A stretch of DNA of 63,701 bases, filler included, from Bigelowiella natans CCMP2755 (lineage: Eukaryota > Protista > Cercozoa): the NCBI GenBank assembly GCA_000320545.1. It is 5 parts of 5 records of this genome, joined end to end, with 100 filler letters (N's around TTAATTAATTAA, not from the genome) between each part and the next. Parts side by side here need not be neighbours in the genome. Positions count along the whole stretch, not along the records: positions 1 to 31,461 come from ADNK01002060.1; 4 more parts are not named here. The stretch is one strand, 5' to 3'. How positions within the stretch are numbered: position 1 is the stretch's first letter; the number at the start of each line of letters is the position of its first letter. Shown piece by piece: positions 14,515 through 26,180 of this stretch. The translations under genes were made by a program, and so were the position numbers. The notes under the pieces were generated by a model. That model was given only the letters and a program-made list of their open reading frames with translations. It was not told the origin of the DNA and ran no database searches.

Positions 14515-16417
14515 GAAGACGTCGGGGCACTGCCCATCCCTTTGCATTTGTGCACATTGACGACCCGAGCAGCAGCCATGAGCCTCCTGAACCCCAGCGT
14601 CGAAAACGGCATGACGAGTGCGAGCAGTCAGCGCTGTTTTTCTGGCTATTTCTGTCTCCTCCTTCTCCTTCTGTTTCTTCCCCTCTGCTGCTCCAGGAAG
14701 TTGACACGGAAGATCTCTTTGGTTGTGTGGCGGAGAGCGCTTGCCGTTTGCCCCTCCTCCCTTTTGAATTCCGGTCTTTCTAGGCCAGGAGAAGTCGTCG
14801 CAGAGCAGTGCGTTGCGACCTTTTCTCGCAGTCGATTGCACGCCATTCAAGGGAAAATTCCTGTTTTCTTGGTTGTCGTCCTGCAACAACGGCATGGAAT
14901 GCGATGTGTGTTCAGGAAAAATCATCTGAGTTTTTGACCTGTCGTTGGACCAAAATGGCACTGGTTTTTGCGTTCGTCCCAAAATGCATCTGTGTGGGAA
15001 GGGATGCAAAGCCTGGCTGAAGGTTTCTCAAAGCACGCCATGCAAACCGAGAAAACCCAAAAGCTTCCCAGACAACAGGTTCGGACATGCGCATTTGATG
15101 TTGGACGTTGTTGTGATGATCCAGAACCAACCTGTGGTGACGAAGATGGTTGACTCTCCATAACTCACTGGGTGGAAGGCGGCCCTGAAAAGATCAAGGA
15201 AACCAAGAGCTAGCTGAAGGTTTCAAACACTGGGCGGAGGCCAGCTCTCTGCACGCGTTGTTGAAGCCTGTGTCGAAATTGGTGGCACACCTCGGCAGCG
15301 ACGAGGTTCGCACACCTTGGACAAGTCCCGTGCATCGTGCTCTCATCGACTCCGTCCTTGAAACGGAAAAAAACAAAGTCCAATGACCCTTTCGACGCTG
15401 GAACAAAAACTCACGTTCACGAAATTGCTGTGGACAGGTGGATGGGGCGAGGACGGAGGGTTGGACTCTGCCGATTTGCACACACAGTGTCCTTCGCTTT
15501 GAACTTTTTGACGTTGCCAATTGTGAGTGACCCAACACCCGGTCGCCTTCGCCTGCAGCACGCCAGGCACGAGAAACTCAGTGCGTGAACACGGCAAGCT
15601 GGCAAGCAATTGGGACCAAGCTAGCAAGCCAGCAAGAGAACTTCAAACCAAAGGTGATCGTGGTGCTCCAGTTGCAATGGACGGCGTTCTGTGCGAACTC
15701 ACACCCACTCTGCGCAAACAGTGCGGAAGTGACGTGACGTGCTGGCGTGGTGCAGGTTGCCGATGTCAGTCAAGTCCAACCCAAAGTGGATTCCTCGTTG
15801 AGGCGACTGCGGATGACAAGTTTTTGCAAAGCATGGGTGTCATTGGCTTCCACGGGGCAACTGCTGGAATTGGCCAAAGTGACAAAACGAACAGGTGCCA
15901 TTGAGCCAACGTCGTCACAGGGTTTGACGGAGTTGTGGCCCTGCATTGAACAATTTGCACACAAGAACAATTGAAAAGTTGTTTTTTCTGGACTTTTTCG
16001 CTTTTCTGCGAGTGTCAGACACAGTTGACTTGTCCTCGTGCTCAGCACACTTGGCTCTGACCTTCTCTGGTTCTTCTGAACGTTGGAACTTGGCGCCACA
16101 TGCAAGCAGCTGCACGTGTGCACTTTGTTCACACGTTGCAAACCACGACAAGAGAGCACGTTTGCATCATTGATCTGGACTCCTCGCCCACAAAGGGCAC
16201 GTCCTGGTGCGCAAACGCAAACACATGACATTGCAAAGTTGCGACGCACATTGGTTTCCTTGCTGTGCAGTCGTTCTAGTTCCACGGTGATGCATGAGCT
16301 TTTGTTTCAATGAGCATGGGGGCCATGCATGAGCAAGTGATGAATCCCTCGCAAATTCGGGAAAATCGTTGAGTTTCAGCTGTCACCCAAAAACTTTGAT
16401 TTGAAAATTTTGACAGC
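14515..16417. mobile_element. ~1.9-kb almost TpA-free element; probable degenerate transposon or duplicated gene, family unassigned
   Basis: 6 TA in ~1900 bp. Many overlapping spurious ORFs nearly devoid of Tyr. No microsatellite introns. Sharp right boundary at the GPCR stop codon. Confidence 0.6.
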
Positions 16418-17561
16418 TCACGCTATTGCACCCCTAGATTTGTGCTTGTTGTCGACCATGTTGTGATAGTCAGTTAGGTCTACATCATCAGAGCTCTCAC
16501 AAATGTTTTTCGTGTACCCATCCATGGATTTGTCTGTCGATGACGTCGGAGAGGATTCCGATCTGAGCGATGTACACACGTATTCTAATGATCTCAGCAC
16601 TTCACGAGTGACTTTGGGAGTGAAGAAGAATATGGCAGAATCTAGAATTCCCATTGATGTTCTTGCAAGAGCATGCGCCACTTTCAGCCAGTAGTACGAA
16701 TGATGGAAAAGCCCAATAAATCGGTCAGCTGTTGGAAACATGGAGGATACTAAGAGCACAAGGGGATAATACTTCAACGTCTTCCAACCAGAGGAACGGG
16801 TCCAGTGATTTTCATCCTGACTCTGCAGGGCGGGGAGGGGGGAATAAGAGTATTATAACATAACAGAAACAAGGAAGGGCTACTTATCAATTCACTGACC
16901 TCGCTTATTTCTGCTAGACTTTTGGTGACAACAATGTACACGTAAACGCAGTAGAATATTGCCATCCAGTTCCAAAGATATATCGTAAATAATCGATATA
17001 TGTAATATTTACCAGACCCCTTCTGTGTAGAGCACCAATAAGAAAACGTCACATTTGGTCAGAAAGAACCTTTGATATCTCAAACTAGGCAATGCATCAT
17101 GTGGAAAGTACCTTTACCCAACACCAACCATTCCCGCTATCACCGTATCCGTCAAGCAAAACTGGCAACATAGATGGTATGCAAGGAAGTATTTGGCAGA
17201 AGAAGATCAGGTATCTCCTCACGAGGACTGTGTTGAAGCCCTTTTTCCTTGACAGCGACTTACTCGCTACGATTACATCTGAGATGAGATAGCCAGTTGC
17301 GCAAGACCACATAATCGATGAAAGGAGAAAGTAGTTCGTTGAAAACGCTTGTAAGCTGCACTGCCAGCTATCTGCGCCAAATGTCTCTATTGCACTAGGG
17401 CACGCAAATGCCAAAGCAAAGAAGAAATCGTTCGTCACAACGAAGAGAACCAGCTGGAAGGCGAACGATTGGAGATTTTTGTTCAAGAATATCGTTAACA
17501 TGGTCATCGAACAGCAAACCATGCTGATTATGCTTAGCACTCGGACCAGCATGACCTGCAT
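16418..17561 (-). CDS. cAMP-receptor-like (CAR/GCR1-type) 7TM GPCR; a further 5' exon is likely
   Basis: Hydrophobic helices, CSLQAFSTNYFLLSSIMWS (TM3), YGDSGNGWCWV loop, RLKYYPLVLLVS (TM6), SMGILDSAIFFFT (TM7). Confidence 0.85.
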
Positions 17562-18068
17562 AACCTTTATTAATAGATAGACGGTTACTTCGTTTTGGAA
17601 TTTCAGTGTTGGCGTTAGGTACTGACTAGTGTCGCCTCTTCGTGCTTTGTGTGACTACCGACCACGGGATTCGGATTTTCTCCACGCTTCTATTTCGAGA
17701 TGAAAGCGCCAGAAATCAACGAAGAGAGAGAGGCTATCTGTTGAACGTCGTGCTGCGCACCATCGTTTGAAGGAATGAGAGATTTGCTTGTCTTTGTTGT
17801 ACGGTACCCCTCTGGTACGAGCCCCTTTCGGTTCCGAAACCGAACCGCGGCGGAAGACAACGGTGTTCTTTTAAGTAAAAACGACCTACAATTTAAATCT
17901 GAGACTATTCCAATAGATCGAATTTAAGAATTTATTGCAAAAACCCCTTTCGATTGAAATCTCCATGCGATTTTATTAATACGACATGAAATTATATCAG
18001 ACGTACGCTGGAAATGGATCAGTGGAACGCATCGCGAATACTAGGGACACCATTCTCCAAACTCGAGC

Positions 18069-18951
18069 ATGGGCTCATCGCAAAGCAGCCAGGAGGAGGG
18101 CTCTGTGGGGCCAGACTACCTTGCGGATGATGACCTTCTCAATGATTATGAAGATCACGAACAGCCTCAGGAGGACCAGCCCTTCGTCGCCTCTATTATT
18201 GGGAAAACGTATTGTGCTACATAATTGCGGCTAGATCTCTCGTAAGTCATCCTTTTTTACAGGTTGGCTGGAAAAATAGGATATGGGGATAAGAAGGCGG
18301 AATATGATGAAGGCCTTGAGGAATGCTGCCCAAGCCTGACGTTGCAGCAACGATTATGGGGGTTTGGTATCTGCCTTGCCGTAGGAATGATGATGAGCTA
18401 CATGAGCGGGTAAGCACAATATTCTTATGGCGAGAAAGGAAGTTCCATGATTGTTGTCTTGTGCCTCCTCCTTCCCAGTTTCTACCTTGTCCGTCCATCA
18501 AAGTTCGCAGTGATCTACACCATGGGGAATTTGTTTTCGCTGGGATCCACGATGTTCCTGATGGGGCCTCTTGCACAGATCAAACGGTGCGACAAATGTT
18601 ATGTTATAGTGCTTTGAAATAATTGTGATTTAGAAAATTCTATAGATTTGGATCACCGTGATTAAAAATGTGTTTGCTATGAGTATGAAATGAGCGATCG
18701 ATTTGTTCTCCTATGTTCGAGTAGCATGCTCCATCCGGACAGGGCGACGGCTACTTGTATCTACATCGGGACGATGTTTTTAACGGTTATTGTTGCAAAA
18801 AAGACAGGTACTTGCACTCACACATACAAGGAAATTTTCTGAAAAACTGTCTTTACTCATACTCAAAACATATATCAAATATTAATAGTTTTCTAATATA
18901 CCTATATTTATAAATTGTTACTCAAACGTACACATACACACACACACACAC

Positions 18952-18984
<33 letters not shown>

Positions 18985-19009
18985 TAAGTAATGTTGGAGA
19001 AATATATAT

Positions 19010-19056
<47 letters not shown>

Positions 19057-19336
19057 GCACGTTGATCCTATCATTAATCGTGTCAACTGACTTTAAAATG
19101 AAGGCCGTATCGCTCTCGTAATGCCGTTGATATTTCTTCAATGGATTGCGCTAATCTGGTACTCCTTAAGGTCAGTTACTACCTTCAAAATCTTAAGCTA
19201 ATCACGTTTTGTTCTTTGAAAGATGGAAAAGTGAAAAATTCCACTCTGCTTTGTGATTAGTTACATCCCGTTTGGCCAAAGAATGCTAAAGTCGTGCGTG
19301 TCGTTTTGCTGCAACGGAATGTGGGACTGCTGGTGA
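18069..19336 (+). CDS. SFT2: Vesicle transport protein SFT2 (Got1/Sft2 family), 6 exons
   Basis: Spliced: CCPSLTLQQRLWGFGICL...PSKFAVIYTMGNLFSLGSTMFLMGPLAQIK...HPDRATATCIY...LQWIALIWYSLSYIPFGQR. Confidence 0.92.
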
Positions 19337-19495
19337 AGCGATCGATCGATTATTTTTGAGGCATGTATGTCTTGATAACTCAATATATAATATAAATAAA
19401 CTCAAATCTAGACGTCAAAATGATAATATTGTGTGTATTAATATATACACATACACACATACAAACACACACACACGCACATAGATATTTATATA

Positions 19496-19537
<42 letters not shown>

Positions 19538-19600
19538 TTATAACGTATAGTTATATATAGTTGTGCAAAACGCAAACTGCGGCTGCCAGAGCTTTTGTTG

Positions 19601-19660
19601 TAAGACGGATGGCAATCAATATCAATTAAATTTGTTCATTAGTCATCCTTGCTGTAGCGT
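19601..19660 (+). repeat. Dispersed repeat family A, copy 1
   Basis: TAAGACGGATGGCAATCAATATCAATTAAATTTGTTCATTAGTCATCCT aligns to copies at 23579, 24225, 39510 (rc) and 60775 (rc). Confidence 0.75.
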
Positions 19661-20502
19661 GCTTTATTAGTTGTCTAGTTGTGTTTGTTATATTTTGCTG
19701 CGATATATGCATGGCCGGATATGAATGCTTTATCCGCTATGTCTAGATGTGCTATATAGTGTAATAGCTACACTGTCACTTTGCATGCTGTTGCGTAGCT
19801 ATATAGCTGCCTAGCTGCGGCTGCTAGGCTGGCTGATTGTAGAATTAGGCCTCGCATCTCACACAATCAAATGAGTGGCTTCAAGTCGCCGTGCATGTGT
19901 CCCCCATTATCCCCAGCGAGCACAATAGTGAGCAAATACGCAAGCGTAATAGAGCCACACTAGAGCAAGATCGACTACCAAGCTAGCCAGCATGCACTAG
20001 CTAGCTAGTGCAATTAGTGCATCCAAAACACTCTAGCACTAATCTAGTAATGTGTAACCTTTTAGTGGCATGCACGTACATGCGCGGTATGGCGCTGAAC
20101 GAACTCGACAAAACAAGTATTTTGCTACGATCTATGCTTCCATGGAAATAAACATTGCATAGTGATCATCATGGTGTTAACTCTCTATTTTTCCACGATA
20201 AATTAACGCTGTTATTTACACACTGTACATCATCTCTACTTTGGAGGATCAGAAATTTCACATGCGAACGTCACACGCGACGTCGGACGCGACCCTGTCT
20301 TTTGCGTACATCTAGTTCTAAATCCAATCATTCTTTCTATGCTACAACAAATAAGTGAGAAAATGGGGCTCATCGCGTAGATGCGGACTCTGTAACGGCC
20401 TTAGAAATACTCGTTATGATTCATCATCGCTCTTCCAAGCACCCCTCCCCCGTCGATCTTACTGTTTCAATCCCTCTTTCTATCTATACTATACATTTCC
20501 GA

Positions 20503-21048
20503 CTACTTAAGCTTCCACATCGGTACAAAGGGGGAAGCGCGCATACAAATCGAAGCCACTATACAGAACGGCAGCGAGCACGCTGGGATCCCTAGACTAG
20601 ACGCCAAAGCCGACGAAATCCCAACGGACGCAACTGCAGTCGCAGCTGCACTACCAACGGCCAGCCCTGCGACCGCCCAATTGTGCTTGTAGAAGGTTGC
20701 AACGGCGAGTGCTGCTAAAGCGGGGTTGTAACCATGGAGCCCTGAAACAATCGTATCTGGGCTTTGCCCTAGAAGACAAGCAACACAAGCGCCAATAGCT
20801 GACCCGACCAGAGCCGATCCTGCTGCAATTCCTCCTGTCTTAAGAGCTTTCAGAGAGAATCCTCCATGGCCAGCAGCAATGGCACCTAGAACAGCTACAC
20901 CGCACAGAGGGCTGTCGACGATCTGACACACATATATCAACGACGATGAGTGAGCCACAGTGAATGATTAAACAATACGGTGGTGATATTCACTACATCT
21001 CCTATCACGGGATAAATGGTAAGGTCGGACTCTATTTCTCTCATTTAT

Positions 21049-21126
<78 letters not shown>

Positions 21127-21924
21127 AATGCCAACTCGCTTTTTTCCCTCGTGAAAACCACTTTGAATCGAAGTGAAACTCACCAGGATCTGCGAGACGC
21201 CTGATAAAGGGGATAACGCCCAATCGACGTAAGAGACATCGGCGACTCTTGCAGCCCCCTCCACGGTTTCAGGTAGCGCCACAGTGTTTGTCGCGTTAGA
21301 CAGAGAGCGCGTAACAGCGAGGACCGGCAATACTATAGCGTTAAACGAGAAGGTAAACTGGGGCGTTGATTTAATGCAACGCCCAAGTGCCACGTATAGA
21401 ACGGAGGAGAGAGCTCCTCCCGCCAAGGCGCCTATGAAGGGCAGTGATGTGCCTGCTATCGAGGGTAGAAACACTGAGACCCCAGCTCCAACTAGCGCAC
21501 CGTTGAACCCGAAAAGCCCAGAGTTTATGGAGTCTTTGTTTTGCTGCATTTGGTGAGCTGCTGCGGTGCTAGAGGCTGCGCCAATGAAGGTAAGGGCGGC
21601 CATTGCAGGGTCGACAAATCCCAGAGTACCTAGCACCATCAACCCGCTTACTGACGACTCCGCGAACAGAACCTGTCCGATTCCTTTTAAGGTCTGATTC
21701 ACTGACGACAAAAGCCCCGACGACTCCAAATTGATGTGCCGTCGCCTCGTGGACACAAAATCATCGAGCTTTGTCGAGAAGTAACGAGGTGCACGAGAGG
21801 CAAAGAAGCTGGGGCCCCTCTGCCTACTGCAGCCTTTGATACGACGGTCACTGGTGATAGGGGGGAGATTGCTAAGGCGTAGAATCCCTCGTAAAGAAGT
21901 CGAAAGGCGTCCAGACCGCTGCAT
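20503..21924 (-). CDS. Urea transporter (UT/SLC14-type), 2 exons
   Basis: LKGIGQVLFAESSVSGL, GLFGFNGALVG, FTFSF, GVSQIL, GLHGYNPALAA and LPFC duplicated UT motifs. The ORF is open to 22011; first Met at 21924. Confidence 0.9.
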
Positions 21925-22248
21925 GCCTGATGCTTCCAATGCTTCCCCCACCCCCCAAGATACGTCGCGCCAGGGCTTGTGTGAAGGAATACGCGACAAA
22001 CCTCCGGACAATCTCCGGAAAACTCTCGTGAAATCTACCGGACACTTCGGGCATTCTTCACGACCCCCGGCGGGGACTATGCACTTGTATCAGTAAATAT
22101 CGGGGGTATTTTCAGATTGATTAATCTCTGGAAAATATCGGAGAAAAACGAAGCTCAGAAAAACTCTGGTCTGGGAATCCCGGCGACAGAAACTGCCGAA
22201 GTCGAGCCCCCCCGAGAGAGATAACGGCTCACCCCATTAGACTCAATC

Positions 22249-23358
22249 ATGCCAGTTTTGAATGTGGCGGGGACCAGGAGAGATCCTGGATTTCAGACAG
22301 CGCGGGTTCTGGGGGAAACTCTCGTGTCGAAGACGAAGGGCCTGTCGCTCAATGTTGAGGAGATGCATGAGGTAGTAGTAGCCGACATCGTAGCGTTCGA
22401 TTCTCTGTAAAATTTACGTGCTCAGGTTGAATGGCAGACCTACATCGAGAGACGGAAAAAGGAAATAGATGGAGCTGCCCACTCGCATATCACAGGTCCG
22501 ACAAATCAGAAACGTTACTAAATTCGTGAATGCAACGTTAATTTTGCACGATCAGAGTGCCTGGTGGTTCATAGCGTGGAAGGATATATCGGAGGCGCAG
22601 ACAATTTCGTAAAGTGGGTCAAAGAACTTTATAAAATTGAACCGAGTATGGATGAAAAGGTGGCAGTAGCTAGCTGAAAACTAAGTTTTGAGTCCGTGAC
22701 GTTGGATTTTCGCATCGTCACATCATCAACAGGCAGCCGCAGCTGAAGCAGAGAAACGATTCGCTGATTACAAAAAGAAGTCGGGAAATGCATTCTGTTA
22801 TCTGGACCTGAATTTTGACGAGTAATATTTCCTTTCGTTCCCTCCACATTGCTTGTTACAACTAAGACGTGCAATTACAGGAAAGGGCCTTCGCGCATGG
22901 TTTTTGAGTTAAATATGAAGCTCTGCCCTAAGACCTCTACGAACTTTCTGAAGCTTTGCACGGGAGATTCGAAGGAAAAGGGGGAGGATGGATCGACGTT
23001 GCACTACAAGGGTTCCCCCTTCCATAGAATTGTTCCTGGGGGCTGGGTGCAAGGTGGAGATATCGATAAAGGAACTGGGACAGGCGGTAGCTCAATATAC
23101 GGGAAGGTGTTTGGGGATGAGTGCTTCACCATTAAACATGACCGACTTGGTGTGCTCTCTATGGCTAATAGCGGTCCACATACAAACGCAAGCCAATTCT
23201 TCATCTCCTTAAAAGCCCTGCCTTTTCTAGACAACAGCAAGGTCGCGTTTGGCCACTTGATTGAAGGCAGCGATGTGTTAGCGAGGTTGGGGAAGGTGCC
23301 GTGCAAGAATCAACGTCCTGTCAAAGCTGTCACAATTTCAGATTGCGGGTCACTTTGA
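22249..23358 (+). CDS. PPIL6: Cyclophilin-type PPIase, PPIL6-like (N-terminal extension)
   Basis: CPKTSTNFLKLCTG, YKGSPFHRIVPGGWVQGGD, LSMANSGPHTNASQFFI. Upstream exons MPVLNVAG...EMHEVEWQTYIE...GYIGGADNFVKWV resemble the PPIL6 N-terminus. Confidence 0.88.
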
Positions 23359-23578
23359 GGGCTCGATATTAGAAATAATCAACCCGCAATTAGCACTGGA
23401 TGTGCATTCAAGAGTATTGATAGGCTACGAAACTGCGAAGTTGCTGAATGCGTCGAACCATATTTATTTTAGTGAAGTACATCTTTTGCAAATGCGAAGT
23501 TGCGACGAGGAAAGTCGCAAATTGTGAAATAGACTGCATAGCAATAGGCATCGGTATGAGCTACATGCACAATGCATG

Positions 23579-23685
23579 TAAGACGGATGTAATGAATCAA
23601 ATTAAATTTGTTCAATGTCATCCTTATAATATGTAGCTGTGGCATGCAGCGGCTACAGCGCTAATGTTGAATCTGTTGGTCTCCG
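23579..23685 (+). repeat. Dispersed repeat family A, copy 2
   Basis: About 100-bp alignment with the reverse complement of 39510-39618, including ATGCAGCGGCTACAGCGCT. Confidence 0.85.
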
Positions 23686-24224
23686 CTATGATGTGTTTCA
23701 ATGCAATCAAATGCATGTTGTTTCGGTCTTGAATAATGGCGCGCGCGCATTTCGCGCAGCAGTGCGATGCGTGGCTCCTTCTCATCGGAAGTCAATCTTT
23801 TGGTTTCTATGCTGCATTTCGTCGTCGCGCATCACTGTGGCAGCAAGCTGATTCCTCAAGGGGCGTTGATGATGTGTGGTGTGCAATGCTGGAATTGGGA
23901 AGAAAGCCAGATAATCCGCAACTTCGATGACGTTATTGCACGCTGCTGCGCAGCGCGCTTCGTTTGCAGTGCACAGCCCCCTTGAAAGTTAAAAGTTGCC
24001 AATGTTTTGCCAACACCCATGATGCAGCGCATCCATGATGTAGCAACACTAGCTAGCTAGGCAGCTTGATCCTGTCTCCAGTAAGAACTATCCGAGACAG
24101 GCCGGGGGGTGTAGCCGAGAGTCTTCATGTGCGTTGTTCTGTTTGCAACGGAAATTCATTCATCATGGACACCAGACAGCACAGCAGATGCATGTGATGT
24201 ATGCATTTCACATATGTGTGGCTA

Positions 24225-24300
24225 TGAGACGGATTTAAATGGCACATATTGTATTTTTTAATGGCCATCCTAATGTAGTTGTGCTGCAGCTAACGTCTGT
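24225..24300 (+). repeat. Dispersed repeat family A, copy 3 (diverged)
   Basis: TGAGACGGAT...CATCCTAATGTAG. Confidence 0.6.
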
Positions 24301-24806
24301 CTATGATGTATAGCAGGTATCTGTGTGTCACGTTGGTCCTAGCTACGATGCGACAAGACCTAGCATAGAGACGTACGAAATTAAGGCTCGCCCGTTCGGC
24401 ATTGTTGTTTGAGTCCGGCGCTAGCCGGTCCTCGGTTGCGCGGGAGCCAATGCGATGCTACTGTTAAGGCACGTGGCAAGGAGATGTGACACACAGCATT
24501 AGTAGTGATTACAGCATTGTAGTGTGCGTGCGCTACATGACGTTGATTGATGTGAAAGCAAACAGCTAGATAGCAGCGCGTGCATGAGATGATGGGTGTA
24601 GATGGAATCGATGGCACAGAATTAATGCTATTACTCGCTCATGCAAAAGACGCAGAGCAATGTGTACTAGTGCAGGTACCGATCGACAACGCGTGCTCAC
24701 AAAAACAAAAACAGCGTTGTGCACGCACATGTTACTACAGTTATTGTTATCGTACTCAGCTTGCGCCGCCTGAAATCTTCTCAACGTGAATGAAGATATG
24801 TTAGCC

Positions 24807-26142
24807 TCAACTCCATTTCGGAGGCCCCTTCCGCTCTGTCATGAACACGTTTCTTGCTGTAGGCCCCATCGGGATGACAGATTTTACTTCAAAACTAGTC
24901 CCCATGCCTATGATTAGTTCAGCTTCTCCAGGTACGGCCGAATACTTCTTGATGTCCTTCGCCCGGTGCGTGGTGATATAGAAAAAGGTCTTCTGTTGGC
25001 TCTCATCCCCAAGAAATTGATTCGTAATTCCAGGCTCCTTAGTGGTGCTGCTGATTGCCCACCACGTGACGATCCTACCATTCTTGTGTGCTTTCGACAA
25101 ATCGCGAGCGACGCCACGATATACCACGCCCTTTTTGTTCTTAAGTTTAGCAAGAGCGTCGGTGAGGATGTGGAGATATTGAAACAAAGGCTTCGCGACT
25201 TTCCTGTCTTTATTGCGAAGTAGTTTGTTGAGGGTCCCATAGAAAGGAGTTTCTTGCGTGTATAGGTGTATAGCAGCAATTTCGTCCTCGTTCAACTGGT
25301 AAATAACATGTGAAATAATCAGGCAATATTGAAGGAGAGCTTATGAGTGACAACAAAAGTGAGTGACCTTCTCATCAGGATCTTCCATTTTTAGATTGTG
25401 GGCGAAATCCATGGCCGACAAGACTGCTGGCTTGAGCTCGCTGAAACTCAGTTGTGTTATCTTGCGACAGCACTCTTTGATCGATTCTTTCAAGCTTATG
25501 ATTTTCACTTTCCTAATCCCTACAAAATATCGGCGCATCATTTGTCTGTTTCCTATGATTCTCTGCAGGCACAAGACAATCTGACCTGTGAGAGGGCTTG
25601 AAATGTGACTCTCATCCATGACATCCAAGAGTCGGGATTTGAAGGTGGTCTTTTTCCCTATAATCTCCGAAGGAGATTTGGACTTTGATGGGAAAGCACC
25701 TACATACCCATGAGATGGAATTACCAGCTGTGAGCGACAACACTCAAATAAGCACGCCATTATAGTAAAGTAAATAAATTTGTTACTTATTTTACCTACT
25801 AACCCTAACCCAATCGACGCAGCCGAGGAGTCGATTTCTGCTTTCTCCTTCTTTTTTACAGACTTGGGCTTGGGCTTGGGCTTGGGCTTCGGCTTTTTTT
25901 GTCCTTTGGCTTCTGGCGACGGCTTTGGCTTTGAAGGCTGCTTTGTTTTAGGAGTGCTCTTCTTCGTAGCCTTCAAAGCTGCCTCGAATATCAAATCAAG
26001 CAAGGCTTCTATATTCTTACCACTGTGACCCTTCACCGAATTACTCTTGCACAGTTCAACAAGCACGGGCTTCTTCCATTTCATGCCCTTCACAGCGGCT
26101 TTGATTTTGTCGATCCTAGAATATAATATATGCACGCACGCA

Positions 26143-26180
<38 letters not shown>

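Noticed and set aside
14810-14865. RPFLAVDCTPFKGKF resembling a MULE transposase first-Asp motif
   Set aside because: No downstream MULE motifs could be followed in frame, so it is too weak for a family call.
15695-15730. HCLRRVGVS on the minus strand resembling a tyrosine-recombinase HxLR box
   Set aside because: No downstream H/W and catalytic Tyr (or its mutated equivalent) at the expected spacing.
14491-16313. Dense overlapping ORFs on both strands as real genes
   Set aside because: Explained by loss of TAA/TAG stops in TA-free DNA. The products are Cys/His-rich and Tyr-poor with no coherent domain.
11740-16417. CpG-methylation decay or classical RIP as the cause of TG/CA excess
   Set aside because: CpG is abundant and TpA is lost rather than gained.
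23585-23623. Family A hairpin as a SECIS element
   Set aside because: No UGAN/NGAN quartet on the 3' arm, the orientation varies, and the adjacent genes show no in-frame Sec codon.
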